NCBI RefSeq assembly: GCF_963678975.1
Contig: NC_089285.1
Coordinates: 12,151,725-12,215,724, forward strand
DNA: 64,000 bases
Source of the DNA: Dysidea avara
Lineage: Eukaryota
Reading direction: 5' to 3'
Shown: in pieces, positions 58,567 through 64,000 of the stretch
Layout: every line of letters begins with the position of its first letter
Numbering within the stretch: the first letter of the stretch is position 1
Program-made: the position numbers and the translations under genes
Notes under the pieces: model-generated
The model's input: the letters and a program-made list of their open reading frames with translations, nothing else
Databases searched by the model: none
What the model was told of the DNA's origin: nothing

Positions 58567-60673
58567 ATGAAAATCATTCTGGTGGGAGACTCCTCCGTAG
58601 GGAAGACATCTATTATTCTTCAATATATATTTGGGGAATGTGGAACTCCAAAGCCAACTGTATCCTTTTGACAAATATTTGTATGTGACATAGACACCCA
58701 CAAGTGTTACAGTATTTTATGCAGTACTTTCCAAGTACATAATAATGAATCAAAATTATTTCGTTTATGAAAATGAAATATTTATAACTATCTTATTTGA
58801 CTTTGTGGATTTAATTATTATCGTATTTGAAGAATTAAAGCTTATTCCAGTCTGAGTGGTACTAAAATGCACCCACATAATTCCCTAGACTACAAAAATA
58901 ACACCTATACACAAATTGACAAAAAAGTTTATAAAGTAGACCCCATCATTACCATAATCCTTGAGACTAAGGCCATTGTTGATGCCCAACTCACTATACC
59001 ACCTCATCTCTCTATTATATACTACAACAAATGAGAGACAAAAAATACTAAGTAGGAAGACAAATGGAAAATATAAATCACTTTGCCACACAACGATAGC
59101 AGTCCATTCACAGATACCACAAGGGAGTGAACTGGTTTATAGTGCCATTGACAGTCATTAAGTTTTCTCCATTAACTGTGCCCTTATCGATGACGAGTCC
59201 AAGTGGGGCACAGGGGGGCACGTCCCTCTTCTCAATAAAGCTACAAGCAAAACTTCAAACAAGATCAAGATACTCTAATAGAGTAGTACTCTAACAGTCA
59301 CCGCATGTAACACTATTAGAACTTTCCATGCATGCACAGTTGCTGAGTATATATACAAAAACTGGTATCTGCAGCACCATCCCATGGGTCTGCTAGGAAT
59401 TTTGCAGATGTAATGCACCTGGTCCTTTGTATGCCTTTTATTTGACAATAGGATCATAATCAAACTACTTATAACTGTCACTGATCCGTACAACTCTTGA
59501 TTGATGTAGGCCACTTAGAAAGCATTATTACTATACATATATTAGATATTTGTGTACAGTAAAATTTTCAATCATGAAACATATACTTCTGGGGGACTGT
59601 GCCCCACCCCCACTCCATATACCTACTATCCTAGTGCACCTACTAGTATATCCTAGTATACCTACTATCCTTGCCAAACCCTGAATCTGCTCCTGCTTAT
59701 GGCTATACTCAAACTCATGAGTTGGGTGTCAATAAATATGCAGTAGACACTAGCAAGTTATACCAGTTGTTGACTTATATACTGGTTAGTGTGGCACTGG
59801 CTACTTCACTCAGTATGTACATCACAAAGAGAAGAACATCAATGTAAAGTTGTACCTGTGGGACACTATGGGACAGGAGAGATTCAACTCTATTACTGCA
59901 GTGAGTGATCTTTCTGTAATAAGAACCAGTTGTGTTCTGCATTCATTACTGTATGGTTGGGTTAGCTAATTATTTATTTACTGTGTATCAACTCTCCACC
60001 AGCTGTAGTTATATGTTATCCTAGATTCCTACGTATAATTATGACGTTGTATATTCTGTAGAACGTTTACAAAAAAAGTGATGCTGCTGTAATAGTGTTT
60101 GACCTGGTGTCAGAAAACACACTCAATTCAGTACACTGGTGGCTCAAGCAGCTGCACGACAGATTGCCTTCAGAGAAAAGGAACATTCCAGTTGTTCTGG
60201 CAGGAAATAAGGTCTGGATTTATAACATACTTAATGAATCTTGTCTGTGGAGCATATCATAGGTGAAAGTGTTGATTCCCAATTGTAACAAGCTTGCCAT
60301 GCAGTTGTAATTATGTTACACAGTAAACTACCTGCGTGGTTTCTATTCAGTGCATGTGGCCTAACATATACTTTTCCACTGTAGAGTGACTTGCTACCTT
60401 CTGAACATGCAAACATTAAGAGGAAGGCTAGACAAAAAGCTTTTGATCTTGAAATGAAAGACTTCATATTGGTGTCTGCAGTGACTGGTTTTGGTATGGA
60501 TGAGCTGTTTGGAAGAGTAGTGACTTTGGTAAGACCCAAACTTGTTTGCCTGTTTTACATTTGAAATCTTTATTATATTCTAGGCTCTGGACAATGCTAC
60601 TAGTGAAGAATCAGAAAATGTAATACATGTAACAGGAACAGTTGATGCCAATAAAAAATCTTGTTCATGTTAG
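58567..60673 (+). CDS. Rab-family small GTPase, at least 5 exons, C-terminal KKSCSC; closest in pattern to the large-Rab (CRACR2A / RASEF / Rab44) GTPase domain
   Basis: Plus-strand exons: 58567-58659 (MKIILVGDSSVGKTSIILQYIFGECGTPKPT, the G1 P-loop); 59813-59899 (YVHHKEKNINVKLYLWDTMGQERFNSITA, G3); 60062-60210 (NVYKKSDAAVIVFDLVSENTLNSVHWWLKQLHDRLPSEKRNIPVVLAGNK, G4); 60383-60530 (...FILVSAVTGFGMDELFGRVVTL, G5); 60590-60673 (ALDNATSEESENVIHVTGTVDANKKSCSC stop). No canonical switch-I exon (TIGVDF) was found between exons 1 and 2. Candidate upstream exons at 56304-56375 and 56661-56751 could add an N-terminal extension. Confidence 0.55.
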
Positions 60674-60810
60674 AAATTTCACTACATTGCTCTATTTGTA
60701 CATTATTTTATGACCCTCAAATGTTGGCGTGTTTTATAATTGTTAATTTATATACAGGGAACACTTATACAAATTCACTGAAACACAATGTAAAATCACG
60801 ATTGTAGTTT

Positions 60811-63800
60811 TTATGTCTCTTTGTATGCATCCTTCATTACCCACGCATCAACAGTAAACATTGCTGAAGTATTCTCAGTAAAGAGGATAACACTATTGGA
60901 GCTGGCTAGGGTGGGGTAGACTCGGGAGGTGATCACTGCTTCACCCTTGTTCACAAACACCTCCACTGCGCTCTTGTCTACCATTATCTCCAGAGTTACT
61001 AACTGGTCATGGCTATTCACTTGAGCAGTATAAGACGACTTTGTTACATTAGTGGCAGGTAGTAAACTTGAATTAATTGTTGAAACTTCCAGTTGTAACT
61101 GATAAAGTACATATCATACACTGGGTAGTCTGGTAACTGATCTCACCTGGGTTGAAGTGGTTCCTGATGTGCAGTTCACACGTGGTACAGGAGATCGGTT
61201 TGCATGTTTTAGCCAACAACAAGTCTCGTGAGACACACAAGGGAATGCAGAGTTGTTGCCATAGTCAACAGTCTACAAGTGTGGTGTGTACATATGAAGT
61301 TTTCTCAAAGCAGTACATGGAGTATTCATTTGTACATAAATTTCTGAGTGAAAGTTGATTTGAAAGTTAAATTCACGCATTTAATGTTATAAATGACAAG
61401 GTGTAGCTACATACTAAATCTGACAAACACTATGTCTATTGTGTGTTATTAGTGGCATACTCACCAGCAGTGGCTGAGGATCAGCAAACGTCCAAGCCAC
61501 ACAACCAGAGTCTGCACAACAAGCTTTCTGACATAATGTTGGATCATGTCCATCCACCTTGAAACTGTGTACAGGATGTGTATCAAACATAACAGTATAA
61601 TGTGTATAAAATGGCATGTTTGCAAAAATCCCATAGGTAATAAATTGTATATGTAATGGATTTAGAGCAAGAGTAAACTCTTCCCACTCTAAATCCATTT
61701 TCAGTGGTTATGCACCAGGTAAGTGATACCAGATTTTATATATGTCAAAGCATCACTGCAACTGCTCTATACAAGAAATAAAGCACACTGAAAGAGTAGG
61801 TGAGAGAGATAAATGTACTATATTTTATCTTGAGACCACTCTTTGAGTGCTACATTTTGCATATAGCATGAGCAAACTGATGCTTTAACTAGTATAGAGA
61901 ACCGCCTTCAACCTGAGGTAAACAACGTGTATGAAACCACTGAGTAGTCTTGAAATCCATTACCATCACAAGCTGTTCTATAGCTACCTGATATAGAACT
62001 GCTGATACATATACGTTAATATTTTATACACGAATTATCTGTATAATAGTTAAAAATAATTCGTCGTTTTAATTTTTGTCGATACAGCCAGTGGTGAAAA
62101 TTTTGACGACAAATTTTTCCTGATTTACGGTAGTACATTCACTGATATAGAATAGGACACTATTTACATACTTGGTATAATCTGCTCCTGGTATATTTGT
62201 ACCAACTGACCATTGTCCAATATGATTACAATTGGTATCTGAATAAACAATATAGCTTCATTAAAGCATCTTACATTAAACCAATCTGCATGCTAGAGAT
62301 TATATAACAAAACATGATTAATATATATACTTCTTCATGATAATCATGTAAGAGTACCATACTAACTAGTACTAAACATACTTACCAGAATTTTGGATAT
62401 TAATAGCAGTATATTCTTTCATATTTTCATCAGCTAAAACAAAGATTCCCACCTTGCTGTTGGGAGAGAACTTTCCCATTATGGTCACTACCATGTGGAG
62501 CTAATATGAAACAATAACTCTACATGTAGCGATAATGAAATACTGCTGACTTGATTTCCCATGCCCCCAAGTTTGTATGTTGCATTTTCTGGAAGAGGTA
62601 TTTGATTAAAGTAGCCCAAGTGATCTCCATGTAGCAAACTTAGCTCCTGCGAACATAACATGTAAATAAGTGACATTGCTTACATTAGACCTTAAGGTAT
62701 GAATGAGTGTGACTCTATACCTGAGTACTGCCTAGCGGTACTGGTGAAAATTATTACTATGCATTTCATCAATTACAACCCCCCAGGCCTTCCCTTCTCA
62801 AGTGAAAGTCTTGTACAGTACTAACCTCCACAGGGTTGAACAACAAGGTGTTATCAGGAGACAATGATATTACCCGTGGTACACTCTGCATACCTAAGGA
62901 TATAAAATATACACTATCATTACAGCTATATAGTGAGCCTTTATTGTTGTGCCTGTACAAATGACTTTTGGATTCAGTACATGGTCTGAAAGTATCTCAT
63001 AGATAATACCATACACTGTATTTTGCTAGCTTTACAAATTGCTTTTATCTTTTCTTGCAGCACTACTAATGCCATGCATTAATCAACCTGATTTAGTGTT
63101 CTGACTGTCCGTGGTGGAAATGGTAGCACTAATTTCAAATTCTAAATCAATCTGGAAAACATACAATTGAACCATGAATCTACATATAGGTACAATTAAC
63201 GAAGCTTTTGAAAAATGTAAAAGTTTATTTCACAATATTTTATGTTGCATGTTACTACATGCTATGGTTGTTATAAACTTTAGTTATATAGGAATTTACA
63301 ATGTGTTTATGAGTTGTGATGAAGAGTGCTACAGAAACTACTAGCATGTACTAGTCACCATAGGACATCTACCATATTACCTGCCCAGCCATTTTTATGA
63401 ATAGTATCATCAGATAGAGACTCTGATATCCAACCATACACTATCCTCCTACCATGTGAATCAAAGAAACTATTAGCAGCATAGAAGTGACCATAGTCAA
63501 CCATTCCTTTTGAAACTGTTTGGAATTTGTAACCAGCTCCCTGAAAATGATGATGATGACGGTAGGCTTTGCAATATCAGTCTCACCATTTTGCCAACAA
63601 ACCATAGTGATTTCCCCAGGTTGGGAGATGAGTAGATATACACATAGAGTTGATCAGTAATAGGAAACATGTCTACACACCTGTAGAAAACAAGATACTT
63701 GACAACATCTCACAGTATTTAAAGTATTATGGTTTAGTACCCAGAACAGACCAAAGAGTTACGTATGGGGGGAGGGGGGAGCGAGAAGGCAACTTTGGCA

Positions 63801-64000
63801 ATTGAAGCTACACAGTGGAATTTGAAGCATATAACATACGTACATGGAGGTAATTTTATATCTGCAATACGTTTTTGTAAATATAACTATATTGACAATT
63901 ACATAGTGGATATTGTGCTGGTACTGGTTAACAAGTATGAATGGCTATTGTGCCGGCATAGTAGTATTCCCTGAGTATTCCCCGAGTATTCGACTTTAGG
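60811..64000 (-). CDS. glycoside hydrolase family 32 (beta-fructofuranosidase / invertase-like) gene with spliceosomal introns and an embedded PAN/apple module; 5' part lies beyond the window end
   Basis: Minus-strand exons:
- 63381-63540: GAGYKFQTVSKGMVDYGHFYAANSFFDSHGRRIVYGWISESLSDDTIHKNGWAG
- 62816-62881: MQSVPRVISLSPDNTLLFNPVE
- 62555-62650: ELSLLHGDHLGYFNQIPLPENATYKLGGMGNQ
- 62390-62495: ...KFSPNSKVGIFVLADENMKEYTAINIQNS
- 62172-62236
- 61463-61690: ...FKVDGHDPTLCQKACCADSGCVAWTFADPQPLL
- 61145-61270: ...DYGNNSAFPCVSHETCCWLKHA...
- 60811-61097: ...LVTLEIMVDKSAVEVFVNKGEAVITSRVYPTLASSNSVILFTENTSAMFTVDAWVMKDAYKET stop
The DYGxDFYA...GRR...GW...GWAG...LPRE(L)...PV.EL motif and the beta-sandwich tail ifVDxSsvEvFvNxGexvxTsRvYP are GH32 hallmarks. 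All boundaries are GT-AG. Confidence 0.75.

Noticed and set aside
61690-61710. Plus-strand TTTTCAG|TGGTTATGCACCAG|GTAAGT that looks like a 14-nt micro-exon
   Set aside because: Chance juxtaposition of acceptor-like and donor-like strings inside the minus-strand GH32 gene. No coding context on the plus strand.
60811-64000. Possibility that the GH32 sequence is bacterial contamination or a mis-assembly
   Set aside because: The coding sequence is interrupted by multiple GT-AG introns with AT-rich composition like the rest of the window. It is contiguous with a spliced Rab gene on the same contig. A contaminant bacterial gene would be intronless.

Overview
This window is not prokaryotic. It reads as animal (metazoan) nuclear DNA, about 37% GC, with densely packed multi-exon genes, GT-AG introns from 45 nt to over 4 kb, long (GT)n/(CA)n microsatellites, and many transposable elements (MITEs, foldback-like inverted repeats, an internally deleted BEL/Pao LTR element, a Gypsy-type integrase remnant, and a rearranged CR1/L2-like LINE).

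Protein-coding genes recognised by translating the sequence, in order:
- GFAT N-terminal exon, minus strand, gene continues off-window
- coiled-coil gene, minus strand, sharing a 245 bp bidirectional promoter with a plus-strand IQ-motif/ankyrin-repeat gene
- unassigned two- or three-exon gene, plus strand
- NIF3L1, minus strand
- lysosomal alpha-mannosidase (GH38, MAN2B1-like), minus strand, with a separated terminal exon
- KH-domain DEAD-box helicase DDX43/DDX53-like, minus strand, about 19 exons
- intronless SIRT4, plus strand
- glutamate / cysteine-sulfinate decarboxylase-like gene (GAD/CSAD/GADL1 family), plus strand, 11 exons
- single-exon CARD-like protein, plus strand
- Rab-family GTPase with a CRACR2A/RASEF-like C-terminus, plus strand
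- GH32 beta-fructofuranosidase gene, minus strand, truncated by the window end, carrying a PAN/apple insertion

I found no CRISPR array, operon or prokaryotic defence system. The most unusual item is the intron-containing GH32 gene with an embedded PAN/apple module in an otherwise metazoan context, which I read as a candidate domesticated horizontal transfer. Other items worth a second look are:
- the compact DDX43 / SIRT4 / GAD arrangement
- a 21-bp minisatellite arranged as inverted arrays
- a near-perfect 860 bp inverted repeat inside the GAD-like gene's 4.6 kb intron
- a recurrent TACTCTAATAGAGCAGTCA motif
- (GT)n tracts that start directly at 5' splice sites
- a LINE copy whose linker segment is inverted

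All coordinates come from manual reading and should be taken as accurate to a few nucleotides.
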